Positions 14,470 to 27,813 of a DNA stretch of 64,000 bases are shown here, piece after piece. The stretch comes from Lingula anatina. Its lineage: Eukaryota > Animalia > Brachiopoda. Location of the stretch: NCBI GenBank assembly GCA_051362555.1, contig CM120646.1, positions 8,122,001-8,186,000 of the forward strand. The letters run 5' to 3'. Below the pieces are notes generated by a model, which saw nothing but the letters and a program-made list of their open reading frames with translations, was not told the DNA's origin and searched no databases. How positions within the stretch are numbered: the stretch's first letter is position 1; the number at the start of each line of letters is the position of its first letter. A program made the position numbers and the translations under genes.

Positions 14470-15030
14470 CGTCATCCATGCCACTGTCTTCATCAACTAA
14501 AAATTCTGGAAGCACAGTATTTGTTCTCAGACAAAGCAAAGCCGCTTTACCAAAATTGAATGTGGACTATTTTCTGTTTGATCCAAAAACACGTTTGATC
14601 TGTGCGCTGGAGATATATCAAAATTGATTACCAAGCCTATAAACTCTACAGAAAGGAGCGTGCTCGTATAATTGTGCAAGCCGCAATATATGTTAACCGA
14701 TCAAGGAAAATCATTTGTACCTTCTCGTCATCCATTGTTTTCTTCCAGTCACCATTTTAGGAAACACAATATTTGTTCCTAAGGAAGGCAGGTGTTTTTT
14801 TTCACGATTTAAATCTTATAAAGTATTCAAAGAGAAAATAAATTGATTTATTTTATTCGTGAAGTAATGCAGAACGCCTTTGTCATTCTTGTCGCCATCA
14901 TGTCGCCGTTCTTCAAGCAGTCATTTTAAAACACGAATACAATGCCAATGCTTTTTCAAAATTAAATCTGAATAATTTCAAAGGAAAAGATGTGATTCAT
15001 TCTATACATCAAGCAATGTAGAACACCTAC
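14470..15030. repeat. Highly degenerate tandem/satellite-like repeat, about 3 copies
   Basis: Recurring CG(T/C)CATC..T..TCTTC..C..ATT.T...AA.CAC..AT at ~14470, ~14726, ~14893; paired blocks AAATCT....TTCAAAG.AAA...GATT...AAG.AATG.AGAAC.CCT at ~14812 and ~14963. Confidence 0.45.
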
Positions 15031-15789
15031 CTCGAGTCTCATATGCCGTTTTTAGAAGTAGTTCATAGCAGCGTAACAACACTGCATGTAATAAGCCATG
15101 CTTAGTGCACGCTAACATAAGCTAGATTTGCGAGCGCGAGCTTCGTGAAACAGACGCCTCATTAACAATTGTTGCTTTCAGCTGAGCAATCGTCTATATA
15201 ACTTTGAAACATGAACACAAAGAAAGTGCAAAAAAAGTCAAGGAGAGACTAACAGACTGTAATAGTGCTTATTGGATCAGACAAAATTGCACGCTGTCTC
15301 TTGATCCCACCTTTACCTGTCGTCTGAAATACGGTGCCACCATCTGACTGGTCAACCAACCGAGAGCTAGCATCACCCTCAAACCCGTGAAATTTCTGGC
15401 CAAGTTTGATAACGCGCACAAAATTACTCGAAGGTCAGCGTGAAGTAATTGTATGCCTTTGAAAAAGCGTTATTGATATGTGAAGCCTAAGTGGTTCTTT
15501 AATTTTGTGATTTTCAGTGCCATCATCATCAATGGTTTTCAAGATAGTGCGATTTCGATTACTAGGTTAGAGAGAGAGATTAAGGACATTTTTACGGTAC
15601 GTTTAATGGACGAAGATTAAAAAGTACTAGACAAGCGATTAGCTGTTCACGTTTGATTAACGAGAAGTCTATTTAATGTTAAGTAATTTAATTAACAGTT
15701 TGAATTTGACTTGTGACACGCAGATTAAAAAGGATATCCATATCACTAAATTTTAAGTCTGTAGTCGGTTGTTACTTTCCAGATAGTAC

Positions 15790-15791
15790 TC

Positions 15792-15845
<54 letters not shown>

Positions 15846-15859
15846 TATGTACACACACG

Positions 15860-15902
<43 letters not shown>

Positions 15903-16001
15903 GCACACACACACACACTATGTACACACACGCTCTCTCTCTATCTCTCTCCCTCTCTCTCTCACACACACACACACACGCACACACACACACACACACA
16001 C
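15790..16001. repeat. Compound microsatellite, (CT)n(CA)n-TATGTA unit repeated three times
   Basis: Three successive CT-run/CA-run blocks separated by CTATGTACACACACG. Confidence 0.9.
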
Positions 16002-18558
16002 AGGTAATGTGCACACATACTGACACGTATTTTCTCTTTTATACACACACATATGCATTCGTATATGTGCATATAGAACACACAAACACAATGCTTTTGA
16101 TCTTACTACATATCACGAACAAAAATCCTCCTTCTTCATGTATCAATAATAGGTGGAGCACACAGCTGGGAGTGGAGACGAACTAAGCATCTCGCAATAC
16201 ATCAAAATCATCGTATTCTTAAATGCGACAAATGAAAATACATAAGCGCAAACAAAAAAAAAAGCAAGATTCAGACATAATCATAATATAAGCCAATAAG
16301 CAGTGTGTCAGAGTTCATTTTACGTACCAAAAGTGGTCCCATATTATCACAAAATCGTGTAAAAATGCAAGGAATTTCATCAACTGAGAAATTCACTGGA
16401 ATTACAATTATAGTTTCTACAAGCAACAACAGAAGTATTACTACATGTACTCCAAAATATCATTATAATTGTCTAACAAAACACCTTCAGCAGGACGAAA
16501 CTATCGTTAGAACTTTGGGAGATGTAAAAAGAAGATCCCTGTTAATTACAATACGTCTGTGAGCGGGTTGTATTTCATCATTTTCGCTATGCCCTTTGAT
16601 AAATAAACGTAAGATAGCGTGTTGCCATTATTAAAAGACATAGTGATATCCACAAAAAAAGAAAGAAAGAAAAAACAGATACAATTCAGTGAGACAAGAC
16701 AGTGTTCCAATATGCAGTATTGAAACAAGGTTGAAATTGAAATGAGGAGATAATAAGGGAAAAAGACAAAAACACAAGCGGGCTGAATGTAATCACTGAA
16801 CAGCTGTAGTACATGTATCTATAATTTGTCTTTTGAATAAAATGACTGCATAAAGGCGAAAATTAATGTTATAAAGGATACCTTTGTGTCACATTTTAGG
16901 GAGTCTAATATCAGGAGAGACTGAGAGAGAGATAAAGAGAAAGAGAGAGGGGGGAGTACAGTATGAGGAATTATCAATTAAAAACACACTTAGCATTTGA
17001 TCTTTATATATAAAAAAAAAAAATTAGTTTAACTTAAGCTTAACACCCGTTGATGGCTTCTACAATGTAGCTTGCTCATTTTTGAGTCACTAGTACGTAG
17101 AGACTGGAAATCTTCACACTTAATGATAAAAATTAAAAATAATTATAAACTATAAAATTGCCTATTATCAAGTTTAAGACTTCTGTCAGCCTGTGGGTTC
17201 AACTGTCTTTGTACAGTAGATTTATATGCTAGTGAAAACTGTACTCTCTCACACATCTCTTAAATTTGTTTAACAGATTCCCAATCATGATGCTTTTTGG
17301 CGAAATTAAATTTACTCTAAACGTGTCAGAAACTAACAAGGACGATGGAAAAGTCTAATCTTGTTTGGACACCAGTTCACTGTTTATATAAAGACGATCT
17401 TCACTCACTCAAGATTTGAGAAGGCCTTGGGTGTGAAATAATGAAACAACGAGTGAAAAGTCACAGATTAATTTTTAGCCAGATTGACTTAAGTAAAAAG
17501 TAAGATATTGAAAACAAATTACACTAACCAGAGCCATTGGCAAAGAAACAGTGAGGACTGAATAGATATTCGGAAAATCTACACAAGTTTCTGAGTTACA
17601 TTTGAATTCGGCGACTCATGCCTTCGGGCCAGCAAGGTCAGATTCAGCGGGTCAATGAACAAACCCACGGTATAAAGGATCTCGGCACGGGAGGCTGTTG
17701 CATTGTTTTAAATTTGGGGGCCCTAAGATATACCCCGTGCTTTGTTAAGTTCGATGTTCCGAAAAATCGAACAAAAACATCATATGTATGAGATTTACTA
17801 AACCCCTAAGATATCACACTAGAGACGTATGCTTCCCTCCGCCATTACCTCCCCTCCCCCCCCCCCCCCTTTGAACTCCACCCCATCCTTTCTGCTAGAA
17901 TTTCTAGATCAATTTATGAGACACTCGTAACAGATCATCCATCGTATAACCCTTGTGTCTTTGCTGTGCCATTGTTTTTAATATATCTCTATCAGATCAA
18001 AGTTTACCTGCCGCATATCTGAAGATAATGTATGGTAATCACGCTGTCAAGACGGAATAGACCTTTTTCATCTTTTCCGGAAATACGAAGTGCGCACGAC
18101 AGGAACCGCGCGCCACAGGGGTCATGATGGTCCTCTGCTGTTTCCAGCATGGCAATGCTAGGTGTAGATGATATACAAGGTGTGCATATAAAAAGGTCGT
18201 TTGCAGCTTGCACTGCTTTCTGTCAAACTAAAAAGGTGGCTGAAGCACAGAAATGCGTAAACTGTAGGCAAGAAAACAGCTACTTGGACGGAGAATCAAT
18301 CAATTAAATGTTTTTTCTCAGTTTAAATACGATGCGCTGTACAACTAGACTTCACCTAAGCGTCCGAGCCTTGGCACTTTCAATAGTGATGACAAACTAA
18401 AGCTTCAGAGTTCTTTTAAATGCCTCCGATAATAAAGATATGCGAAAGAGACTCGTTATTTTTTATATATATTAAATCAAAACAGCCAGTAGACTCGTAC
18501 ACAGCTTTCAAGAGTGTGGACAGGTGCGTAGGCCTACGTCTTCACAATATTACATGTA

Positions 18559-21500
18559 GACCCCGACCCCGCATTATGGAACGACCCCGGATTATGGAAC
18601 AAAACCGGAAGTTTGCCCTTTTTACCCAGCATGCAGAGCGTAAAAAATCCCCGTTGCCACGAAAGTTTCAAGCGTCTGCTACAATGTATCAAACGCGCTA
18701 TGCAGACGCATGTTACGACCTGATACAATAGAAGTGTTAGCGTTTGAAAGTTCGTTGCTCTCAAATTTGATAAAATCAATAATGAACTTACGTTTATTCA
18801 AGCAAGTTTTAAAGCCGTTTATCGTCCGCTTTCGTCTGCACGTGTTACTGTCAGTTTCCGATCTCGATTTCTAACTTTTTCATACTGGTTACGGGTAGAT
18901 ACATCGATCGCTGTGGACGTAAACACGGCCGTCTTTTACTGCTATAAGTATTGTAGCCTAACTTGTCTCATCCCTTAGCCTATTGTTTGTATTTCTTGTT
19001 TTCGGCTTAATGAAACAATTTCAAAACATCCACTTTCAAGAGGTTGAAGTATTCCAAGATCTCATAAAAATGGCTTTGATGTTGGGCATAGCTGTGGGTG
19101 CCTTCTGCTCACTGTAAACTGCCGCTAGAGAACGCTACGAGCGCTATTAGACTCAAGCGACTTGTGAAATAAATAAATTTGTTCTCACAAAATAACACTT
19201 AATGTTGACTTTTGTATTGACATTATGAGAGAAAAAATCGTTACTGACCTTTTTCATGCTCGATAAATTTCAGCATGTCAAAAAGGAAATTATAGGCCCA
19301 CTCTTATTCAATATCAGAGGCGGCACGTAGGCCTATAGGGCCTATTTGAGGTGCCAAAGACGATCATTTTAAATCATATTTCAGGTAGGCCTACACAAAT
19401 GACACATGATTTATCTTTGTTGTGATGAAAAAAAATATTAGACTTATGAATCATTTAGGACCTACTAGGTTTGCGCCTTTTCTGGGAGTTTTATCTTTAA
19501 AACTTCTTATTTCAACTATCTCTGTCCAGTATCTTCTTCTTCTCTTTTTCTTAAATATACCACAGGTGCTCTCAAGGGAGGTGGTCATGGGAAGTTGGCC
19601 CTCAGTTACTCTGATGGGGCAGCTCTAGTCCACTACTGCCTTATTATGAGTGACTGGGGGTTTCCCCTCACCAAAGACTTGGAGTCTTCAAGTTTGCTCT
19701 GGCGGTGGGAAAACAAAGGGATAGGCCTATGGGCTTTTCAGCGTCGAACGGCTGGTGGGATCGGTTCATGAATCGACATCCCGAGTTGTCCCTGAGAAAA
19801 CCGGGAAGGATAAATAGGTGCAATATAGTGAAATAAAAAAAAAACATGCTAAATAAATGAAAAATAATGAGAAAATGAATTTTGTCTTCAAATTAAGATT
19901 TGTTCGGATATCGGATAATAAGAAAGCATTATTTAAAAACTTGAAAGAAAGAAAGAAAAGAAGAGCTGTAGAAAAAATGAGAAAAGCCGAAGATGGCGCT
20001 AAGCGAAGAATGGAGAAAGAGGAGAAGAGAAGAGCGGGCGTGGAGAGGGAGAGGAAGAAGGCTGAGAGGTACGAGAGCGAAAGGCACAGAGGGCATTGGA
20101 GGTGAATCGTACGTAGAAAAGAGAAGAAGGAAGAAGAGAGAAAAAAGAATTTTTACGTTGCGTTGTTTGTAAAGCCTAGGTCCCAACCTAACGTACGGGC
20201 TGCTACGTGTGGTCTACGGCCAAAAAAATGGGAAAAATTTGGGGAGTTCGTGCGTGAGGAGCACATCCATCGTGCGACTTTTGGAGGACGCAAACAGCAC
20301 GTAGTAACTTTTCGACATGATCAACAGCCGCTACGTGCGATCTAGCTACGTCCTAATCGGACGCAAGGAACTAAAAAACCGTGCGTGCAAAACGTATTTG
20401 GGACCTAGGCTTAACGCGCAAGAACATTTCACTTGCGCTTAAACCACTACATTTTTGGACGTTTTCCTGTGTTATATCTGCTGGAATTTATCTCAGTAAA
20501 GGAGAAACATTGGTTGAGTTCTTTTGTTTTATATATTTTTTAAAGATTTATAGTTTTTTTTTTCTTTATACCGCAAAAGTACATGGGCCTACAAGTGATA
20601 TGTTCTTGTGCGTTACAAACAACGCAACGTAAAAATAAACATACATACGTACATAACACAAACGCACATTATTATTCCATATGGTGAACAGAGTTGCGAG
20701 ACAGTATAATAATAGAATAAATTGCAGTGATTTCGTTTTATGGAGTTAAATGTTTAATGCATTTTATAAAGGTCAGCGATGTTAAAAAACTGAATACATT
20801 CATCTCTTTGTTAGGTCACAGCACTAGTCTGTTACATGAGTTCTCCGTCTTTTTTTTATTTATTTATTTTTATTGTATTTGTCACACTTTCGATAAATTC
20901 TTTGTTGGTGGTGTGTGAGCTGTTAATGTTAATTGCTAGTTTTGTTATCATGAATTAAAGATTTTATTTTCGAATCATTACTGGTGTTGTTACCTGAAGG
21001 CTGGCCAAATGAATGATCAATGAGTTTTAAAATGAGAAATATCAATTTTATTCTTTCATAATAATGAATACAGTATTTTCAAATTGGCATTTTAAATGAC
21101 CAGACTACAAAATATCGCTTCGATACTCCGACGGAGCGGCAACTTCTCGTTTTGTTCCATAATCCGATCAAGGCAGTGGTAAATGAGTTGACTATTCCAT
21201 TTTTTAGCAATATTTGTGTTAAAAAGTAAAAGACCAACTAAATATGAATAACAACTGCTGTTATGTTCATTGATATTCGCAGTATAATGCGCATTTGCCG
21301 TTTTATTGTCTTTTATAGACCCCCTGCGCCACATATTGCCTTGCATCTTATCTAACAAACTCTGACGCAACGTTATCTGCGCACTTCCGGTTTTGTTCCA
21401 TAATCTGGGGTTTGAGAACAACACGAAGTTAACCATTATTTTAGCGTTTTTCTCCAATAGTAACCCCAATCATATGGATTAAGCTTTACAAGATAGTAAA

Positions 21501-21618
21501 TAAAGCTCTATCGTAGCTACATGCAAAGTATTAGAGGTTAGTTTACGTTCATTTTTATACACAGACTGTGCAAAGCCGAAAAACGTCAAATATCGTTCCA
21601 TAATCCGGGGTCGAGGTC
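18559..21618 (+). mobile_element. Internally deleted pogo-like (Tc1/mariner superfamily) transposon nested in the ISL2EU-like element
   Basis: TIRs GACC(C/T)CGACCCCG(C/G)ATTATGGAACGA with TA on both flanks (18557-58, 21619-20); subterminal inverted copies at 18585-18612 and 21383-21410; CENP-B-type HTH remnants LVHYCLIMSDWGFPLTKD (~19626-19678) and WWDRFMNRHPELSLRKPGRINR (~19753-19818); K/E/R-rich stretch ~19940-20100. Confidence 0.88.
20173..20411. mobile_element. PIF/Harbinger-type MITE nested in the pogo-like element
   Basis: Perfect 14-bp TIRs AGCCTAGGTCCCAA / TTGGGACCTAGGCT; TAA TSD at 20170-72 and 20412-14. Confidence 0.88.
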
Positions 21619-22759
21619 TATATATGCAAGCTGTGGCGATATCACCTCATTTACCGGCAGTATCAATTCATTGCGATTTTTATGTCTTGTTTGAAGGGTG
21701 TCTTAAGAGATTTTTGAAATGATAAAATGAAAAGATTCCCTGCATTGTTTGACTCGTACCTAAAAGTGACACGCAGATTGTTCGTCGGTGAACTGATTAA
21801 ATCGTTTGGTACCTGATAAGGCATATCAGGTGTTACTTGTTCAATTGTTCAGTTAGGGGGGGGGGGGGCGGCCACAACTACGACCTTTCCTCTGTAATTA
21901 AAACCTTCTAATTTATAAGTGTTAAACAGGTGAGACAGGAATTCTCGAATCTTTCCCAGACGATAATTAAAGTTTACCGTGTCTTACTCTAGTATATGCA
22001 CAAAATTTACGACAGGTAAAAAATGTCAGACTTTCGGTCTGACAAGTATGAACATTTTCTCAAACTGAAACAAAACCGTCAGGCAAAAACAAAATCATAG
22101 CAACAGACCAAATTATTTGATTTTTAAATGTTTTCATGCGTATTTTCATCGTTTTCAATCAAAGACAATAAAATCATTCAAATAAAGTGTTTTCCACACA
22201 TTTCATACTTTTTAACTATCTAAGACAGAGTTAAATATACGTAGGCCTACTTTAATTCTAAGCATATTTGCATTACTTTAAAAATACTGTACGTTAATTG
22301 TTTTATTATTTTTATTATCCATTTTGTCTTTACCATACATGTATTATGCACGTGTAGCTTACAGAAAGGCTTCTCTGCATTAAGAATATATACCCATTGA
22401 ATTTTCCAATTCTCTTGTCATTGAGTTCAGAAATAAATAACTTTTTATTTTGCCGGTAACGCGTTCAACAAGGGCCGATGTACATTATTCTTCGTATGTC
22501 TCTGTTGATCTTGATAATATGAGCCCCATTTGTACAAATCAGTAATACGTACAGGGTGTACGGGACTGGATACATAATAATAAAAATTTTATTAACGTCT
22601 CACGTTAAAAAAAAAAAAATAGAACCCACCCTACTAAGGGTTATTAGAGACTAAAACCTGTGTTAGGCCTACATTTAAAATGATCACTTATCAATAAAAC
22701 ACACACAAAAAGGATATTACATACAAAACTTTTCAAACCTTCTCTTTGTTGTTACACAA

Positions 22760-23208
22760 AAAGTCGTGAAAGTTCTTGAATTTTTTGTAAGTAGAATCCC
22801 CGTGTAAAACCTCACAGCTTTTACTTTCTTTTTCCATAATCTCATACTTAAAGTCTTTTCTTTCTTTTTAGGACCCTATTCTTCAATTTTTTCTTCAGAA
22901 CTTTGTTTTTATCGCATTGTTTACCCCCGAGTTCTAGTTCGTTATATCCGTTGATTAACTAAGCATTTCTGTTTTTATTAAAGCACCGTTGATCTCCTAA
23001 TATTATAATTTTTCTTCCCGCCTTCTCGCCTTCGAAATGTTCAGCGAAAACGCGGTGCCCTGCTTTTATTCCAAACCTGCTATATTTTCCTTTCTTTCTA
23101 CCATATTTTTCATTCTAACGGGTTTGTTGGGAACTTATTATACCTCATGTGTCAATCTCGCTTACTGTTATTGTAGCAGCGGGACAAAAAGCACGTAAAC
23201 TCAGCCAT
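22760..23208 (-). pseudogene. Decayed THAP-domain transposase N-terminus
   Basis: From ATG 23208: MAEFTCFLSRCYNNSKRD*HMRYNKFPTNPLE*KIW*, then frameshifted GHRVFAEHFEGEK (THAP C-x4-C...FP...W...RVC..HF pattern); near 22800 KAVRFYTG then frameshifted TYKKFKNFHDFL. Confidence 0.75.
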
Positions 23209-25353
23209 GGTTTTTAGCACCGCTGTAAGTGTTTCGACATAGCAGGGCTCCCGTACCCACAATGCAATTTCCATTTCCGGAAAAGATGAAAAAGGTCTAT
23301 AAGGAACCTTTAGGAGGACAATCAAGCATCAGAGATACTAATTCCAGATTCTCACCAAAGGACAGCCCTATCAGACACTTGCCGTTGTGACTTGGTGTTA
23401 CCTAAAAAGTCATATCCGTTGGCTAAGATTAAAGGACATAGACTTCATAAACTTTCAGTGATCAATTTATAACTGATGGTTTCCGAATTGCCAAGTTATG
23501 AGGTCTACTAGTTTAATGGTTTTATGGCTACTGCACGTTTGTGTTTTCAAATGTTTTTTTTTTTTTCTTCTTCTTCTTCTTCTTTTTTTGAGAATTTCGT
23601 TGTTAATCGTAGGAGCATTTCTCCAACGCATACTTGCTTTGGACGTTTATATTTTGGGTCCGTCGTGGTGAATCCTGCCAGCCACCCCCCTCCCTTCCCC
23701 CGTCCTACCCCCCCCCCCCCCCCTTATAGCAACACTGATACAGACAACAGTACTTTAGTCAAATACTTTTTTGCAGATCATTAACATTGTTGCTGTAAAC
23801 ATTAAGAACTTTAAGAGACAAATGTAAAGCAAGTAATTTGTGGTGTGGATTTCCAGTCCCTATCATCATAAGATGAACGCCTTCAATAACGCTGTCCAGA
23901 GTAGATTAGAAATGCTTGCATTTATGTTTGAACAAAATAATAATGACCAAAGGTACGTACCAGCAATTTTGTAAACTTAGTATTTTATTTTGTAGTATTA
24001 AGACTCTGTCTTCAAACTTGAGAGTTACTCACCATCTTAATTTCACTAAGCCAAATCGATTTCAAAGGATTTAAGTTAAAGGCCTCCTCTAGGGAGCCAA
24101 TTTTCAAAGAATATTCGCTTTTGTTTGAAATGCTTTTCTCACCACTTTCAGGATAATTGAGTGAGCGTCCGCTTTAACTTTCAAAATAAAGCCTTATAAT
24201 TCCGCCGTTTGTAACTTGGAACTGTGGATTTATGACTGAGATCGAAGAGGTAATTACTTAAAATGCGATTACATGTTCCGATAGCAGGAACACATGATGT
24301 GAGCAGCACATTTAAACTGCAAGCCGCATGTGCCGGAGTTTAAATAGAGCGGATAAGGAAATATCATAACCTATCGACCCCCCCCCCCCCCCCCCCCCTT
24401 AAACGGCAATTCCATGGCCCGATTTTAAAAAACATTCGCTACGTGCAGTGATATGCTGCAGATGAGAGGAATAAGTTAAAACTGAAAATCATGAAACGGT
24501 GACGTTCTCTCTAATACTGATCTCTTACAGAAAATGTTTTGGCCATTTAAATCCAATGCACTTTCATCTACAGAAACCGTTCACCATATTAAAGGACAAG
24601 CCATTAGCATCATCATACATACAGAGCAAAAAATGGGAAACAGCACTATTGTACACTTGATATTTTTGTTGTTTGTTGTATGAAGACTGTAATGAACCAT
24701 GAAAACCACTTCGTCTTCCCACTTAATTCTGCTTTATCAAATTGATTTCAAACGATTACAGTTGAAAACCTCCTCTTGAGAGTAAATTTTCAAAGATTTG
24801 TTGGCTTTACTAGGAAATGTTATTCTCTCCCTTTTCGGATAATTGAGCAAGCTTTCGTTCTAACGTTGGACACGAAGTGCCGCAGATGAGTTGGATAAGA
24901 TAAATTTTATTAGCATGAAAAAAATTCACAACAGTTTCACCCATTGACATATCACCAAACTATGAAGCAAATGCAAGGACAATTCATATCATACAGAGCC
25001 GACATCCAGACGCGCAAACATGCACGCACACGCACAAATAGCCTCGGGCATTTGCACCCACACAAACAAATCCTGCATATGCACGCACTCGTACACAACC
25101 GCGCGCACACTTTTCGAAAATGTTTAAGCAATGAGTTAAAGTTATTCCGATCAACGTTCGTTTTGTGATGTATGTCTGTGACTGTGTTAGCAGGGGGATA
25201 CTGCACAGCAGCAGTGCGTTTGTTGAGAAACAAACTCCAACAGCACTATGGCACTATATGTCGGCGCTTTCCAATATTTAGATTATCATCGTGTAGATAG
25301 CTTCACGATTATTAAAGGGGTTTAATAATAAATGGTTCGTTGATCTCACTTCA

Positions 25354-25354
<1 letters not shown>

Positions 25355-25407
<53 letters not shown>
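25355..25407. repeat. (TA)n microsatellite
   Basis: About 25 TA units. Confidence 0.9.
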
Positions 25408-26689
25408 GAGTGCATATAAAAAGCTATGTTGGAATGAAATGTGATATCAATAATATTAAAATAGGCGTTTAAAATAGACATCTTTAAAATATATTAACCA
25501 TGTGGTTTTAAGATTACAGATACAAAGTCAATACGAAAAGAATTCCTAATTTTAAACCCAAATATTCTCAAACTGCTCCACATTGCGCTTTCAAAGTTAC
25601 ACATCATCATTCAATGACAAAATTGGTAATAAAATTTATGATAGACCTTAGTAAGGGGGTGTCACCTCAGACCCATAAATCTAACAGAGACAGGTCCATA
25701 ACAAAACTATATTGGTAATTTGGTCCAAAAGTAAATAATCAATGGTGGTGCTTTCTCTTAATTTATTTCATACAGAGCAAACATGGAAAAAGAGACATTT
25801 GGATAAAGCATATAATACAATAATCTTACATTCAATGATGATCACCTATGGTCGTTAGTCTGTGTAGTAGTGTTAAGTTGTTACAAAGCCTCAAGGTAGG
25901 CTTCAGGACCAATGTGCAGATATCACAGTTCTTTGAGACAGTATTAAAACTGGTACAAAGAGATCAAGGTTTCTCTACACTTGCTCCATAATGCCCTAGC
26001 TATGCTCTACCTGAGGCTGGCTAGGTAATGACATCACTTGTGAAATCACGTGCAAAAATTTTCACTGCTCAAAAGTGTGTACAGACTTAGCCTGAGATAT
26101 ATATGAGTGTTTAGTAATCTAAATCTCTATTTTACTCTGTACATCTATTATATCTGCCTTGCTTTCAGGTAAGGTGTTTATCTCTTAATCAAAATAACAA
26201 TATCGATCAACTACTAACATGTATCAATGCTAATTCTTTGTCATTAAATTTTTGATTGCCGAGGTATAGTGTCTTTAATTTATTAGGCAAACCCGTCTTT
26301 TTTTACCATTTAATACTGCTTTTGTGAAATCCTTTCTACTCATTTTGCTGAGATATGAATCACGCATGGGATGTAGTTTTCACTCATCACATCAGTAGCT
26401 GACTATTGCTTTCAGGTATGAATGCTTTTATCATATCCTTTTCTTTCTTAACTTTCTTACTTTGGCATGAATTACGAAATGATATATACATCGGTAGAAT
26501 CGTTACTCATAGAAAACTGGCATACTCTAACTTTGTCTCTTTTTTTTTTTTTTTGTTCATTTATTTTACTGTATACAGTCCCTCTGAATCCACGTCATTA
26601 TGCATCAGTCACAGTACTGCCTTAACAATATCTTACAACCGTTTCTTTCTCTTTTGAATTCAGAACTGCATCAAGTCCTTCTGGATCAC

Positions 26690-27760
26690 TTAAATATCTG
26701 ATACGATAGACCTGGCGATAAGCTCCTTCATTATTTCATTGGTGCCGCCGTAGATGGGTTGCACACGGGAGTCGACGAAGGCGCGTGCGATTGGATACTC
26801 CCACATGTAGCCCCAGCCTCCGTGCATCTGCACACACCTGTCAGCCACAGAACACTGCAGGTCTGTTAGCCTGAAATATCAGACACGAGGTGACACTGAG
26901 GACTGCTGAACTGATTTTTAGTCTGCTGCATAGATGGGTGGATGGGTTTATATTTGTTTTTGATACTTTACACTCTATTCATAATTCCATAAATGATGTA
27001 TTTGGAGATGTAGAAAACGTAATGAATTACCTTTGATACATAACTATTTTGAAAGAGAGAGAGAAGTGAGGGAAGAGAGAGAGAGAGAGAGAAGAGAGAA
27101 AAGAGAAAGTTGAACCTACCAGTATTTGGCCATGGAGGCAGAGAAGCTATCACAGCCTCTGTTCTGGTGGATTTCCAGGCACTGATCCATGAAGGATCTT
27201 CCCACACATATCTCTGTCTTCATCTCAGCCAGCTTGTGCTGGATGGTCTGGAAAATATACGCTTCTTCTTTAAAAAAACATTTCTGGCAATGAAGTTTTG
27301 CTGACATTTTTGTTCCTAAAAGTATATTCAGAATTCCTTGTTTATGTTGTTGCCTACTTATTTAGTCAGAACTGTACTTCTTTCTCTCCAAAAATGCGGA
27401 AATGATATTAAATATATTCAATATTATATAATAATAATAATAATAATAATAATCCTCCCTATATACCTGTAAGCTTGAAATTGTCTTTCCAAATGCCTTC
27501 CTCTGCCTGACATAGGCCCTGGTCTCCTCAAACATCCACTCACACAGAGCAATCCCCATGTCTGCTATCAACAGACGCTCCTGGGGCAACTCCTGCATCA
27601 GGTAATAAAAACCCTTGTTGGCTTCTCCCAGAAGGTTCTCCTTAGGAATGCGCACATCTTCAAAGAACAGTTCTGCTGTGTCCTAAAATATATTTGACAC
27701 ATTTGCATTACAATGTAAGTTGATATATTGTCGGAAAATGGGGACAGGGCAAGGGTAAGT

Positions 27761-27813
<53 letters not shown>

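Larger units (their letters stand above)
18059..23298 (-). mobile_element. ISL2EU-like (PIF/Harbinger-related) DNA transposon, decayed, carrying nested insertions
   Basis: Perfect inverted termini AGACCTTTTTCATCTTTTCCGGAAAT (18059-18084) and ATTTCCGGAAAAGATGAAAAAGGTCT (23273-23298); AT on both flanks (2-bp AT TSD fits ISL2EU); minus-strand THAP remnant and VRFYTG motif inside the right end. Superfamily assignment is inference. Confidence 0.8.

Noticed and set aside
15713-16186. 157-aa ORF rich in SL/TH repeats and its antisense ORF
   Set aside because: Translation of CT/CA microsatellites; no coding signal
19857-20105. K/E/R-rich 82-aa ORF as a host gene
   Set aside because: Lies inside the pogo-like element downstream of its HTH remnants; likely transposase tail or low-complexity sequence
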